Source: Chiloscyllium plagiosum (lineage: Eukaryota). Taken from it: 32,776 nucleotides of DNA. The DNA is taken from NCBI RefSeq assembly GCF_004010195.1, contig NW_025213401.1, forward strand, positions 1 to 32,776, in the 5' to 3' direction. This document shows positions 1 to 12,600 of the stretch, piece after piece. Within the stretch, counting starts at the first letter, position 1, and every line of letters begins with the position of its first letter. The notes beneath the pieces are model-generated. The model was given only the letters and a program-made list of their open reading frames with translations, made no database searches and was not told the DNA's origin. The position numbers and the translations under genes are program-made.

Positions 1-43
1 GGCAAACAACCTGGAAGGTGGGGTAGGGAGAGGTCTCACTGAC

Positions 44-123
44 CTGTGAAACGTGACGCCATTAATTCTCGACTCCTTCGTGTCCCGGGATGTGCAGCCC
101 TCAGCCGAGCAGTGTCGGGGCAT
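44..123 (-). CDS. THAP7: First 80 coding nt of a THAP7-like THAP-domain (C2CH zinc finger) protein, inside a 100-nt exon spanning 143-44
   Basis: From ATG at 123-121 the minus strand gives [26 protein letters not shown](R), with the THAP N-terminal signature MPxxCxxxxC...FHR. It is collinear without gaps with human THAP7 as I recall it ([27 protein letters not shown]). It ends at a strong donor CAG|gtcagt (GT at 43-42) in phase 2 within the Arg codon after FH, the usual first-intron position of vertebrate THAP genes. Orthologue versus paralogue cannot be decided from 27 aa. Confidence 0.88.
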
Positions 124-143
124 CGCTCTGACTCCTGCACGAC

Positions 144-168
144 CTGAGGAGAGTTCACCAGAGTCAGA
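144..168 (-). promoter_or_regulatory. 3' splice acceptor of the THAP exon (branch point + short pyrimidine tract + CAG|G)
   Basis: Minus strand tCTGACtctggtgaactctcctcAG|GTCGTG. CTGAC branch-like motif with A at 164, AG at 145-144, exon starting at 143, 20 nt before the ATG. Confidence 0.7.
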
Positions 169-180
169 CTATATTGAACC

Positions 181-677
181 CCATAACCAGCAACCCCTTT
201 TTCCTTGTCCCTCCATCCTGCCCTCTATTCATCTACATCCCCAAATGGAAACATACATCATTCCTCCCTACATGCAAACCTCGCAGATCCTCCAGCTCAG
301 TCTCTTCCCCTCACCAATTCCCTTTATAACTACCCCTCACTCCCATTTTCTTCACACCACCACCAGCTAGCTGTCTCTTCCATCTCACCCTGTGCAAACT
401 CCTCTCTCCCTCCCTATAAACTTTCACTCTTCTATCACTGTCCTTCCTTCCTCCCTCTTCTCTCATACCATCAATCCCCCATACTCATGTGATTCTCACC
501 CTCCCAAGCCCCATCTCTCTCCTAGCCCAAATCCCTCTCCTTATCCTATACCCCTCTTGCTAATGCCCATCCCAAACACAGAGGCCCACACCAATTCCCC
601 TCCCCAATATTCCTTCATTCCCTGTAGTCTCCGTCACCATCCTCCCTCCACCACTTCCCACTCTCCATCCCTACCCA
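181..677. other. Low-complexity, strand-asymmetric flank (C/T-rich, G-poor on plus; G/A-rich on the sense minus strand)
   Basis: Runs such as ccttccttcctccctcttctctc and cctccctccaccacttcccactctccatccc; very few G on the plus strand; no coding motif recognised. Confidence 0.7.
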
Positions 678-3600
678 CCCGTACCCCGGGGAGAGTCAGT
701 GTCCCCTCCCGTACCCCGGGGAGAGTCAGTGTCCCCCCCCGTACCCCGGGGAGAGTCAGTGTCCCCTCCCGTACCCCGGGGAGAGTCAGTGTCCCCCCCC
801 GTACCCCGGGGAGAGTCAGTGTCCCCTCCCGTACCCCGGGGAGAGTCAGTGTCCCCCCCCGTACCCCGGGGAGAGTCAGTGTCCCCTCCCGTACCCCGGG
901 GAGAGTCAGTGTCCCCCCCCGTACCCCGGGGAGAGTCAGTGTCCCCTCCCGTACCCCGGGGAGAGTCAGTGTCCCCCCCCGTACCCCGGGGAGAGTCAGT
1001 GTCCCCTCCCGTACCCCGGGGAGAGTCAGTGTCCCCCCCCGTACCCCGGGGAGAGTCAGTGTCCCCTCCCGTACCCCGGGGAGAGTCAGTGTCCCCCCCC
1101 GTACCCCGGGGAGAGTCAGTGTCCCCTCCCGTACCCCGGGGAGAGTCAGTGTCCCCCCCCGTACCCCGGGGAGAGTCAGTGTCCCCTCCCGTACCCCGGG
1201 GAGAGTCAGTGTCCCCCCCCGTACCCCGGGGAGAGTCAGTGTCCCCTCCCGTACCCCGGGGAGAGTCAGTGTCCCCCCCCGTACCCCGGGGAGAGTCAGT
1301 GTCCCCTCCCGTACCCCGGGGAGAGTCAGTGTCCCCCCCCGTACCCCGGGGAGAGTCAGTGTCCCCTCCCGTACCCCGGGGAGAGTCAGTGTCCCCCCCC
1401 GTACCCCGGGGAGAGTCAGTGTCCCCTCCCGTACCCCGGGGAGAGTCAGTGTCCCCCCCCGTACCCCGGGGAGAGTCAGTGTCCCCTCCCGTACCCCGGG
1501 GAGAGTCAGTGTCCCCCCCCGTACCCCGGGGAGAGTCAGTGTCCCCTCCCGTACCCCGGGGAGAGTCAGTGTCCCCCCCCGTACCCCGGGGAGAGTCAGT
1601 GTCCCCTCCCGTACCCCGGGGAGAGTCAGTGTCCCCCCCCGTACCCCGGGGAGAGTCAGTGTCCCCTCCCGTACCCCGGGGAGAGTCAGTGTCCCCCCCC
1701 GTACCCCGGGGAGAGTCAGTGTCCCCTCCCGTACCCCGGGGAGAGTCAGTGTCCCCCCCCGTACCCCGGGGAGAGTCAGTGTCCCCTCCCGTACCCCGGG
1801 GAGAGTCAGTGTCCCCCCCCGTACCCCGGGGAGAGTCAGTGTCCCCTCCCGTACCCCGGGGAGAGTCAGTGTCCCCCCCCGTACCCCGGGGAGAGTCAGT
1901 GTCCCCTCCCGTACCCCGGGGAGAGTCAGTGTCCCCCCCCGTACCCCGGGGAGAGTCAGTGTCCCCTCCCGTACCCCGGGGAGAGTCAGTGTCCCCCCCC
2001 GTACCCCGGGGAGAGTCAGTGTCCCCTCCCGTACCCCGGGGAGAGTCAGTGTCCCCCCCCGTACCCCGGGGAGAGTCAGTGTCCCCTCCCGTACCCCGGG
2101 GAGAGTCAGTGTCCCCCCCCGTACCCCGGGGAGAGTCAGTGTCCCCTCCCGTACCCCGGGGAGAGTCAGTGTCCCCCCCCGTACCCCGGGGAGAGTCAGT
2201 GTCCCCTCCCGTACCCCGGGGAGAGTCAGTGTCCCCCCCCGTACCCCGGGGAGAGTCAGTGTCCCCTCCCGTACCCCGGGGAGAGTCAGTGTCCCCCCCC
2301 GTACCCCGGGGAGAGTCAGTGTCCCCTCCCGTACCCCGGGGAGAGTCAGTGTCCCCCCCCGTACCCCGGGGAGAGTCAGTGTCCCCTCCCGTACCCCGGG
2401 GAGAGTCAGTGTCCCCCCCCGTACCCCGGGGAGAGTCAGTGTCCCCTCCCGTACCCCGGGGAGAGTCAGTGTCCCCCCCCGTACCCCGGGGAGAGTCAGT
2501 GTCCCCTCCCGTACCCCGGGGAGAGTCAGTGTCCCCCCCCGTACCCCGGGGAGAGTCAGTGTCCCCTCCCGTACCCCGGGGAGAGTCAGTGTCCCCCCCC
2601 GTACCCCGGGGAGAGTCAGTGTCCCCTCCCGTACCCCGGGGAGAGTCAGTGTCCCCCCCCGTACCCCGGGGAGAGTCAGTGTCCCCTCCCGTACCCCGGG
2701 GAGAGTCAGTGTCCCCCCCCGTACCCCGGGGAGAGTCAGTGTCCCCTCCCGTACCCCGGGGAGAGTCAGTGTCCCCCCCCGTACCCCGGGGAGAGTCAGT
2801 GTCCCCTCCCGTACCCCGGGGAGAGTCAGTGTCCCCCCCCGTACCCCGGGGAGAGTCAGTGTCCCCTCCCGTACCCCGGGGAGAGTCAGTGTCCCCCCCC
2901 GTACCCCGGGGAGAGTCAGTGTCCCCTCCCGTACCCCGGGGAGAGTCAGTGTCCCCCCCCGTACCCCGGGGAGAGTCAGTGTCCCCTCCCGTACCCCGGG
3001 GAGAGTCAGTGTCCCCCCCCGTACCCCGGGGAGAGTCAGTGTCCCCTCCCGTACCCCGGGGAGAGTCAGTGTCCCCCCCCGTACCCCGGGGAGAGTCAGT
3101 GTCCCCTCCCGTACCCCGGGGAGAGTCAGTGTCCCCCCCCGTACCCCGGGGAGAGTCAGTGTCCCCTCCCGTACCCCGGGGAGAGTCAGTGTCCCCCCCC
3201 GTACCCCGGGGAGAGTCAGTGTCCCCTCCCGTACCCCGGGGAGAGTCAGTGTCCCCCCCCGTACCCCGGGGAGAGTCAGTGTCCCCTCCCGTACCCCGGG
3301 GAGAGTCAGTGTCCCCCCCCGTACCCCGGGGAGAGTCAGTGTCCCCTCCCGTACCCCGGGGAGAGTCAGTGTCCCCCCCCGTACCCCGGGGAGAGTCAGT
3401 GTCCCCTCCCGTACCCCGGGGAGAGTCAGTGTCCCCCCCCGTACCCCGGGGAGAGTCAGTGTCCCCTCCCGTACCCCGGGGAGAGTCAGTGTCCCCCCCC
3501 GTACCCCGGGGAGAGTCAGTGTCCCCTCCCGTACCCCGGGGAGAGTCAGTGTCCCCCCCCGTACCCCGGGGAGAGTCAGTGTCCCCTCCCGTACCCCGGG

Positions 3601-6600
3601 GAGAGTCAGTGTCCCCCCCCGTACCCCGGGGAGAGTCAGTGTCCCCTCCCGTACCCCGGGGAGAGTCAGTGTCCCCCCCCGTACCCCGGGGAGAGTCAGT
3701 GTCCCCTCCCGTACCCCGGGGAGAGTCAGTGTCCCCCCCCGTACCCCGGGGAGAGTCAGTGTCCCCTCCCGTACCCCGGGGAGAGTCAGTGTCCCCCCCC
3801 GTACCCCGGGGAGAGTCAGTGTCCCCTCCCGTACCCCGGGGAGAGTCAGTGTCCCCCCCCGTACCCCGGGGAGAGTCAGTGTCCCCTCCCGTACCCCGGG
3901 GAGAGTCAGTGTCCCCCCCCGTACCCCGGGGAGAGTCAGTGTCCCCTCCCGTACCCCGGGGAGAGTCAGTGTCCCCCCCCGTACCCCGGGGAGAGTCAGT
4001 GTCCCCTCCCGTACCCCGGGGAGAGTCAGTGTCCCCCCCCGTACCCCGGGGAGAGTCAGTGTCCCCTCCCGTACCCCGGGGAGAGTCAGTGTCCCCCCCC
4101 GTACCCCGGGGAGAGTCAGTGTCCCCTCCCGTACCCCGGGGAGAGTCAGTGTCCCCCCCCGTACCCCGGGGAGAGTCAGTGTCCCCTCCCGTACCCCGGG
4201 GAGAGTCAGTGTCCCCCCCCGTACCCCGGGGAGAGTCAGTGTCCCCTCCCGTACCCCGGGGAGAGTCAGTGTCCCCCCCCGTACCCCGGGGAGAGTCAGT
4301 GTCCCCTCCCGTACCCCGGGGAGAGTCAGTGTCCCCCCCCGTACCCCGGGGAGAGTCAGTGTCCCCTCCCGTACCCCGGGGAGAGTCAGTGTCCCCCCCC
4401 GTACCCCGGGGAGAGTCAGTGTCCCCTCCCGTACCCCGGGGAGAGTCAGTGTCCCCCCCCGTACCCCGGGGAGAGTCAGTGTCCCCTCCCGTACCCCGGG
4501 GAGAGTCAGTGTCCCCCCCCGTACCCCGGGGAGAGTCAGTGTCCCCTCCCGTACCCCGGGGAGAGTCAGTGTCCCCCCCCGTACCCCGGGGAGAGTCAGT
4601 GTCCCCTCCCGTACCCCGGGGAGAGTCAGTGTCCCCCCCCGTACCCCGGGGAGAGTCAGTGTCCCCTCCCGTACCCCGGGGAGAGTCAGTGTCCCCCCCC
4701 GTACCCCGGGGAGAGTCAGTGTCCCCTCCCGTACCCCGGGGAGAGTCAGTGTCCCCCCCCGTACCCCGGGGAGAGTCAGTGTCCCCTCCCGTACCCCGGG
4801 GAGAGTCAGTGTCCCCCCCCGTACCCCGGGGAGAGTCAGTGTCCCCTCCCGTACCCCGGGGAGAGTCAGTGTCCCCCCCCGTACCCCGGGGAGAGTCAGT
4901 GTCCCCTCCCGTACCCCGGGGAGAGTCAGTGTCCCCCCCCGTACCCCGGGGAGAGTCAGTGTCCCCTCCCGTACCCCGGGGAGAGTCAGTGTCCCCCCCC
5001 GTACCCCGGGGAGAGTCAGTGTCCCCTCCCGTACCCCGGGGAGAGTCAGTGTCCCCCCCCGTACCCCGGGGAGAGTCAGTGTCCCCTCCCGTACCCCGGG
5101 GAGAGTCAGTGTCCCCCCCCGTACCCCGGGGAGAGTCAGTGTCCCCTCCCGTACCCCGGGGAGAGTCAGTGTCCCCCCCCGTACCCCGGGGAGAGTCAGT
5201 GTCCCCTCCCGTACCCCGGGGAGAGTCAGTGTCCCCCCCCGTACCCCGGGGAGAGTCAGTGTCCCCTCCCGTACCCCGGGGAGAGTCAGTGTCCCCCCCC
5301 GTACCCCGGGGAGAGTCAGTGTCCCCTCCCGTACCCCGGGGAGAGTCAGTGTCCCCCCCCGTACCCCGGGGAGAGTCAGTGTCCCCTCCCGTACCCCGGG
5401 GAGAGTCAGTGTCCCCCCCCGTACCCCGGGGAGAGTCAGTGTCCCCTCCCGTACCCCGGGGAGAGTCAGTGTCCCCCCCCGTACCCCGGGGAGAGTCAGT
5501 GTCCCCTCCCGTACCCCGGGGAGAGTCAGTGTCCCCCCCCGTACCCCGGGGAGAGTCAGTGTCCCCTCCCGTACCCCGGGGAGAGTCAGTGTCCCCCCCC
5601 GTACCCCGGGGAGAGTCAGTGTCCCCTCCCGTACCCCGGGGAGAGTCAGTGTCCCCCCCCGTACCCCGGGGAGAGTCAGTGTCCCCTCCCGTACCCCGGG
5701 GAGAGTCAGTGTCCCCCCCCGTACCCCGGGGAGAGTCAGTGTCCCCTCCCGTACCCCGGGGAGAGTCAGTGTCCCCCCCCGTACCCCGGGGAGAGTCAGT
5801 GTCCCCTCCCGTACCCCGGGGAGAGTCAGTGTCCCCCCCCGTACCCCGGGGAGAGTCAGTGTCCCCTCCCGTACCCCGGGGAGAGTCAGTGTCCCCCCCC
5901 GTACCCCGGGGAGAGTCAGTGTCCCCTCCCGTACCCCGGGGAGAGTCAGTGTCCCCCCCCGTACCCCGGGGAGAGTCAGTGTCCCCTCCCGTACCCCGGG
6001 GAGAGTCAGTGTCCCCCCCCGTACCCCGGGGAGAGTCAGTGTCCCCTCCCGTACCCCGGGGAGAGTCAGTGTCCCCCCCCGTACCCCGGGGAGAGTCAGT
6101 GTCCCCTCCCGTACCCCGGGGAGAGTCAGTGTCCCCCCCCGTACCCCGGGGAGAGTCAGTGTCCCCTCCCGTACCCCGGGGAGAGTCAGTGTCCCCCCCC
6201 GTACCCCGGGGAGAGTCAGTGTCCCCTCCCGTACCCCGGGGAGAGTCAGTGTCCCCCCCCGTACCCCGGGGAGAGTCAGTGTCCCCTCCCGTACCCCGGG
6301 GAGAGTCAGTGTCCCCCCCCGTACCCCGGGGAGAGTCAGTGTCCCCTCCCGTACCCCGGGGAGAGTCAGTGTCCCCCCCCGTACCCCGGGGAGAGTCAGT
6401 GTCCCCTCCCGTACCCCGGGGAGAGTCAGTGTCCCCCCCCGTACCCCGGGGAGAGTCAGTGTCCCCTCCCGTACCCCGGGGAGAGTCAGTGTCCCCCCCC
6501 GTACCCCGGGGAGAGTCAGTGTCCCCTCCCGTACCCCGGGGAGAGTCAGTGTCCCCCCCCGTACCCCGGGGAGAGTCAGTGTCCCCTCCCGTACCCCGGG

Positions 6601-9600
6601 GAGAGTCAGTGTCCCCCCCCGTACCCCGGGGAGAGTCAGTGTCCCCTCCCGTACCCCGGGGAGAGTCAGTGTCCCCCCCCGTACCCCGGGGAGAGTCAGT
6701 GTCCCCTCCCGTACCCCGGGGAGAGTCAGTGTCCCCCCCCGTACCCCGGGGAGAGTCAGTGTCCCCTCCCGTACCCCGGGGAGAGTCAGTGTCCCCCCCC
6801 GTACCCCGGGGAGAGTCAGTGTCCCCTCCCGTACCCCGGGGAGAGTCAGTGTCCCCCCCCGTACCCCGGGGAGAGTCAGTGTCCCCTCCCGTACCCCGGG
6901 GAGAGTCAGTGTCCCCCCCCGTACCCCGGGGAGAGTCAGTGTCCCCTCCCGTACCCCGGGGAGAGTCAGTGTCCCCCCCCGTACCCCGGGGAGAGTCAGT
7001 GTCCCCTCCCGTACCCCGGGGAGAGTCAGTGTCCCCCCCCGTACCCCGGGGAGAGTCAGTGTCCCCTCCCGTACCCCGGGGAGAGTCAGTGTCCCCCCCC
7101 GTACCCCGGGGAGAGTCAGTGTCCCCTCCCGTACCCCGGGGAGAGTCAGTGTCCCCCCCCGTACCCCGGGGAGAGTCAGTGTCCCCTCCCGTACCCCGGG
7201 GAGAGTCAGTGTCCCCCCCCGTACCCCGGGGAGAGTCAGTGTCCCCTCCCGTACCCCGGGGAGAGTCAGTGTCCCCCCCCGTACCCCGGGGAGAGTCAGT
7301 GTCCCCTCCCGTACCCCGGGGAGAGTCAGTGTCCCCCCCCGTACCCCGGGGAGAGTCAGTGTCCCCTCCCGTACCCCGGGGAGAGTCAGTGTCCCCCCCC
7401 GTACCCCGGGGAGAGTCAGTGTCCCCTCCCGTACCCCGGGGAGAGTCAGTGTCCCCCCCCGTACCCCGGGGAGAGTCAGTGTCCCCTCCCGTACCCCGGG
7501 GAGAGTCAGTGTCCCCCCCCGTACCCCGGGGAGAGTCAGTGTCCCCTCCCGTACCCCGGGGAGAGTCAGTGTCCCCCCCCGTACCCCGGGGAGAGTCAGT
7601 GTCCCCTCCCGTACCCCGGGGAGAGTCAGTGTCCCCCCCCGTACCCCGGGGAGAGTCAGTGTCCCCTCCCGTACCCCGGGGAGAGTCAGTGTCCCCCCCC
7701 GTACCCCGGGGAGAGTCAGTGTCCCCTCCCGTACCCCGGGGAGAGTCAGTGTCCCCCCCCGTACCCCGGGGAGAGTCAGTGTCCCCTCCCGTACCCCGGG
7801 GAGAGTCAGTGTCCCCCCCCGTACCCCGGGGAGAGTCAGTGTCCCCTCCCGTACCCCGGGGAGAGTCAGTGTCCCCCCCCGTACCCCGGGGAGAGTCAGT
7901 GTCCCCTCCCGTACCCCGGGGAGAGTCAGTGTCCCCCCCCGTACCCCGGGGAGAGTCAGTGTCCCCTCCCGTACCCCGGGGAGAGTCAGTGTCCCCCCCC
8001 GTACCCCGGGGAGAGTCAGTGTCCCCTCCCGTACCCCGGGGAGAGTCAGTGTCCCCCCCCGTACCCCGGGGAGAGTCAGTGTCCCCTCCCGTACCCCGGG
8101 GAGAGTCAGTGTCCCCCCCCGTACCCCGGGGAGAGTCAGTGTCCCCTCCCGTACCCCGGGGAGAGTCAGTGTCCCCCCCCGTACCCCGGGGAGAGTCAGT
8201 GTCCCCTCCCGTACCCCGGGGAGAGTCAGTGTCCCCCCCCGTACCCCGGGGAGAGTCAGTGTCCCCTCCCGTACCCCGGGGAGAGTCAGTGTCCCCCCCC
8301 GTACCCCGGGGAGAGTCAGTGTCCCCTCCCGTACCCCGGGGAGAGTCAGTGTCCCCCCCCGTACCCCGGGGAGAGTCAGTGTCCCCTCCCGTACCCCGGG
8401 GAGAGTCAGTGTCCCCCCCCGTACCCCGGGGAGAGTCAGTGTCCCCTCCCGTACCCCGGGGAGAGTCAGTGTCCCCCCCCGTACCCCGGGGAGAGTCAGT
8501 GTCCCCTCCCGTACCCCGGGGAGAGTCAGTGTCCCCCCCCGTACCCCGGGGAGAGTCAGTGTCCCCTCCCGTACCCCGGGGAGAGTCAGTGTCCCCCCCC
8601 GTACCCCGGGGAGAGTCAGTGTCCCCTCCCGTACCCCGGGGAGAGTCAGTGTCCCCCCCCGTACCCCGGGGAGAGTCAGTGTCCCCTCCCGTACCCCGGG
8701 GAGAGTCAGTGTCCCCCCCCGTACCCCGGGGAGAGTCAGTGTCCCCTCCCGTACCCCGGGGAGAGTCAGTGTCCCCCCCCGTACCCCGGGGAGAGTCAGT
8801 GTCCCCTCCCGTACCCCGGGGAGAGTCAGTGTCCCCCCCCGTACCCCGGGGAGAGTCAGTGTCCCCTCCCGTACCCCGGGGAGAGTCAGTGTCCCCCCCC
8901 GTACCCCGGGGAGAGTCAGTGTCCCCTCCCGTACCCCGGGGAGAGTCAGTGTCCCCCCCCGTACCCCGGGGAGAGTCAGTGTCCCCTCCCGTACCCCGGG
9001 GAGAGTCAGTGTCCCCCCCCGTACCCCGGGGAGAGTCAGTGTCCCCTCCCGTACCCCGGGGAGAGTCAGTGTCCCCCCCCGTACCCCGGGGAGAGTCAGT
9101 GTCCCCTCCCGTACCCCGGGGAGAGTCAGTGTCCCCCCCCGTACCCCGGGGAGAGTCAGTGTCCCCTCCCGTACCCCGGGGAGAGTCAGTGTCCCCCCCC
9201 GTACCCCGGGGAGAGTCAGTGTCCCCTCCCGTACCCCGGGGAGAGTCAGTGTCCCCCCCCGTACCCCGGGGAGAGTCAGTGTCCCCTCCCGTACCCCGGG
9301 GAGAGTCAGTGTCCCCCCCCGTACCCCGGGGAGAGTCAGTGTCCCCTCCCGTACCCCGGGGAGAGTCAGTGTCCCCCCCCGTACCCCGGGGAGAGTCAGT
9401 GTCCCCTCCCGTACCCCGGGGAGAGTCAGTGTCCCCCCCCGTACCCCGGGGAGAGTCAGTGTCCCCTCCCGTACCCCGGGGAGAGTCAGTGTCCCCCCCC
9501 GTACCCCGGGGAGAGTCAGTGTCCCCTCCCGTACCCCGGGGAGAGTCAGTGTCCCCCCCCGTACCCCGGGGAGAGTCAGTGTCCCCTCCCGTACCCCGGG

Positions 9601-12600
9601 GAGAGTCAGTGTCCCCCCCCGTACCCCGGGGAGAGTCAGTGTCCCCTCCCGTACCCCGGGGAGAGTCAGTGTCCCCCCCCGTACCCCGGGGAGAGTCAGT
9701 GTCCCCTCCCGTACCCCGGGGAGAGTCAGTGTCCCCCCCCGTACCCCGGGGAGAGTCAGTGTCCCCTCCCGTACCCCGGGGAGAGTCAGTGTCCCCCCCC
9801 GTACCCCGGGGAGAGTCAGTGTCCCCTCCCGTACCCCGGGGAGAGTCAGTGTCCCCCCCCGTACCCCGGGGAGAGTCAGTGTCCCCTCCCGTACCCCGGG
9901 GAGAGTCAGTGTCCCCCCCCGTACCCCGGGGAGAGTCAGTGTCCCCTCCCGTACCCCGGGGAGAGTCAGTGTCCCCCCCCGTACCCCGGGGAGAGTCAGT
10001 GTCCCCTCCCGTACCCCGGGGAGAGTCAGTGTCCCCCCCCGTACCCCGGGGAGAGTCAGTGTCCCCTCCCGTACCCCGGGGAGAGTCAGTGTCCCCCCCC
10101 GTACCCCGGGGAGAGTCAGTGTCCCCTCCCGTACCCCGGGGAGAGTCAGTGTCCCCCCCCGTACCCCGGGGAGAGTCAGTGTCCCCTCCCGTACCCCGGG
10201 GAGAGTCAGTGTCCCCCCCCGTACCCCGGGGAGAGTCAGTGTCCCCTCCCGTACCCCGGGGAGAGTCAGTGTCCCCCCCCGTACCCCGGGGAGAGTCAGT
10301 GTCCCCTCCCGTACCCCGGGGAGAGTCAGTGTCCCCCCCCGTACCCCGGGGAGAGTCAGTGTCCCCTCCCGTACCCCGGGGAGAGTCAGTGTCCCCCCCC
10401 GTACCCCGGGGAGAGTCAGTGTCCCCTCCCGTACCCCGGGGAGAGTCAGTGTCCCCCCCCGTACCCCGGGGAGAGTCAGTGTCCCCTCCCGTACCCCGGG
10501 GAGAGTCAGTGTCCCCCCCCGTACCCCGGGGAGAGTCAGTGTCCCCTCCCGTACCCCGGGGAGAGTCAGTGTCCCCCCCCGTACCCCGGGGAGAGTCAGT
10601 GTCCCCTCCCGTACCCCGGGGAGAGTCAGTGTCCCCCCCCGTACCCCGGGGAGAGTCAGTGTCCCCTCCCGTACCCCGGGGAGAGTCAGTGTCCCCCCCC
10701 GTACCCCGGGGAGAGTCAGTGTCCCCTCCCGTACCCCGGGGAGAGTCAGTGTCCCCCCCCGTACCCCGGGGAGAGTCAGTGTCCCCTCCCGTACCCCGGG
10801 GAGAGTCAGTGTCCCCCCCCGTACCCCGGGGAGAGTCAGTGTCCCCTCCCGTACCCCGGGGAGAGTCAGTGTCCCCCCCCGTACCCCGGGGAGAGTCAGT
10901 GTCCCCTCCCGTACCCCGGGGAGAGTCAGTGTCCCCCCCCGTACCCCGGGGAGAGTCAGTGTCCCCTCCCGTACCCCGGGGAGAGTCAGTGTCCCCCCCC
11001 GTACCCCGGGGAGAGTCAGTGTCCCCTCCCGTACCCCGGGGAGAGTCAGTGTCCCCCCCCGTACCCCGGGGAGAGTCAGTGTCCCCTCCCGTACCCCGGG
11101 GAGAGTCAGTGTCCCCCCCCGTACCCCGGGGAGAGTCAGTGTCCCCTCCCGTACCCCGGGGAGAGTCAGTGTCCCCCCCCGTACCCCGGGGAGAGTCAGT
11201 GTCCCCTCCCGTACCCCGGGGAGAGTCAGTGTCCCCCCCCGTACCCCGGGGAGAGTCAGTGTCCCCTCCCGTACCCCGGGGAGAGTCAGTGTCCCCCCCC
11301 GTACCCCGGGGAGAGTCAGTGTCCCCTCCCGTACCCCGGGGAGAGTCAGTGTCCCCCCCCGTACCCCGGGGAGAGTCAGTGTCCCCTCCCGTACCCCGGG
11401 GAGAGTCAGTGTCCCCCCCCGTACCCCGGGGAGAGTCAGTGTCCCCTCCCGTACCCCGGGGAGAGTCAGTGTCCCCCCCCGTACCCCGGGGAGAGTCAGT
11501 GTCCCCTCCCGTACCCCGGGGAGAGTCAGTGTCCCCCCCCGTACCCCGGGGAGAGTCAGTGTCCCCTCCCGTACCCCGGGGAGAGTCAGTGTCCCCCCCC
11601 GTACCCCGGGGAGAGTCAGTGTCCCCTCCCGTACCCCGGGGAGAGTCAGTGTCCCCCCCCGTACCCCGGGGAGAGTCAGTGTCCCCTCCCGTACCCCGGG
11701 GAGAGTCAGTGTCCCCCCCCGTACCCCGGGGAGAGTCAGTGTCCCCTCCCGTACCCCGGGGAGAGTCAGTGTCCCCCCCCGTACCCCGGGGAGAGTCAGT
11801 GTCCCCTCCCGTACCCCGGGGAGAGTCAGTGTCCCCCCCCGTACCCCGGGGAGAGTCAGTGTCCCCTCCCGTACCCCGGGGAGAGTCAGTGTCCCCCCCC
11901 GTACCCCGGGGAGAGTCAGTGTCCCCTCCCGTACCCCGGGGAGAGTCAGTGTCCCCCCCCGTACCCCGGGGAGAGTCAGTGTCCCCTCCCGTACCCCGGG
12001 GAGAGTCAGTGTCCCCCCCCGTACCCCGGGGAGAGTCAGTGTCCCCTCCCGTACCCCGGGGAGAGTCAGTGTCCCCCCCCGTACCCCGGGGAGAGTCAGT
12101 GTCCCCTCCCGTACCCCGGGGAGAGTCAGTGTCCCCCCCCGTACCCCGGGGAGAGTCAGTGTCCCCTCCCGTACCCCGGGGAGAGTCAGTGTCCCCCCCC
12201 GTACCCCGGGGAGAGTCAGTGTCCCCTCCCGTACCCCGGGGAGAGTCAGTGTCCCCCCCCGTACCCCGGGGAGAGTCAGTGTCCCCTCCCGTACCCCGGG
12301 GAGAGTCAGTGTCCCCCCCCGTACCCCGGGGAGAGTCAGTGTCCCCTCCCGTACCCCGGGGAGAGTCAGTGTCCCCCCCCGTACCCCGGGGAGAGTCAGT
12401 GTCCCCTCCCGTACCCCGGGGAGAGTCAGTGTCCCCCCCCGTACCCCGGGGAGAGTCAGTGTCCCCTCCCGTACCCCGGGGAGAGTCAGTGTCCCCCCCC
12501 GTACCCCGGGGAGAGTCAGTGTCCCCTCCCGTACCCCGGGGAGAGTCAGTGTCCCCCCCCGTACCCCGGGGAGAGTCAGTGTCCCCTCCCGTACCCCGGG

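Noticed and set aside
11..43. Apparent 33-nt mini-intron after the THAP exon (gtcagt...ccttccag|GTTG)
   Set aside because: Far below the usual minimum vertebrate intron length, and the following codons (RLFA) lack the conserved Pro of the THAP FHR(L/F)P motif. The true acceptor is probably outside the window.
44..143. THAP exon as part of a P-element/THAP9-type transposase
   Set aside because: The peptide resembles the host gene THAP7 specifically, and no terminal inverted repeats or transposase sequence are visible in the window.
53..492. Plus-strand ORFs 53..370 and 205..492
   Set aside because: P/S/L/H-rich translations of low-complexity C/T-rich DNA with non-ATG starts; the first is antisense to the THAP exon.
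693..699. AP-1-like site (TGACTCT on the minus strand) repeated in each unit
   Set aside because: One mismatch from the TGACTCA consensus at a conserved position, and nothing else supports enhancer function.
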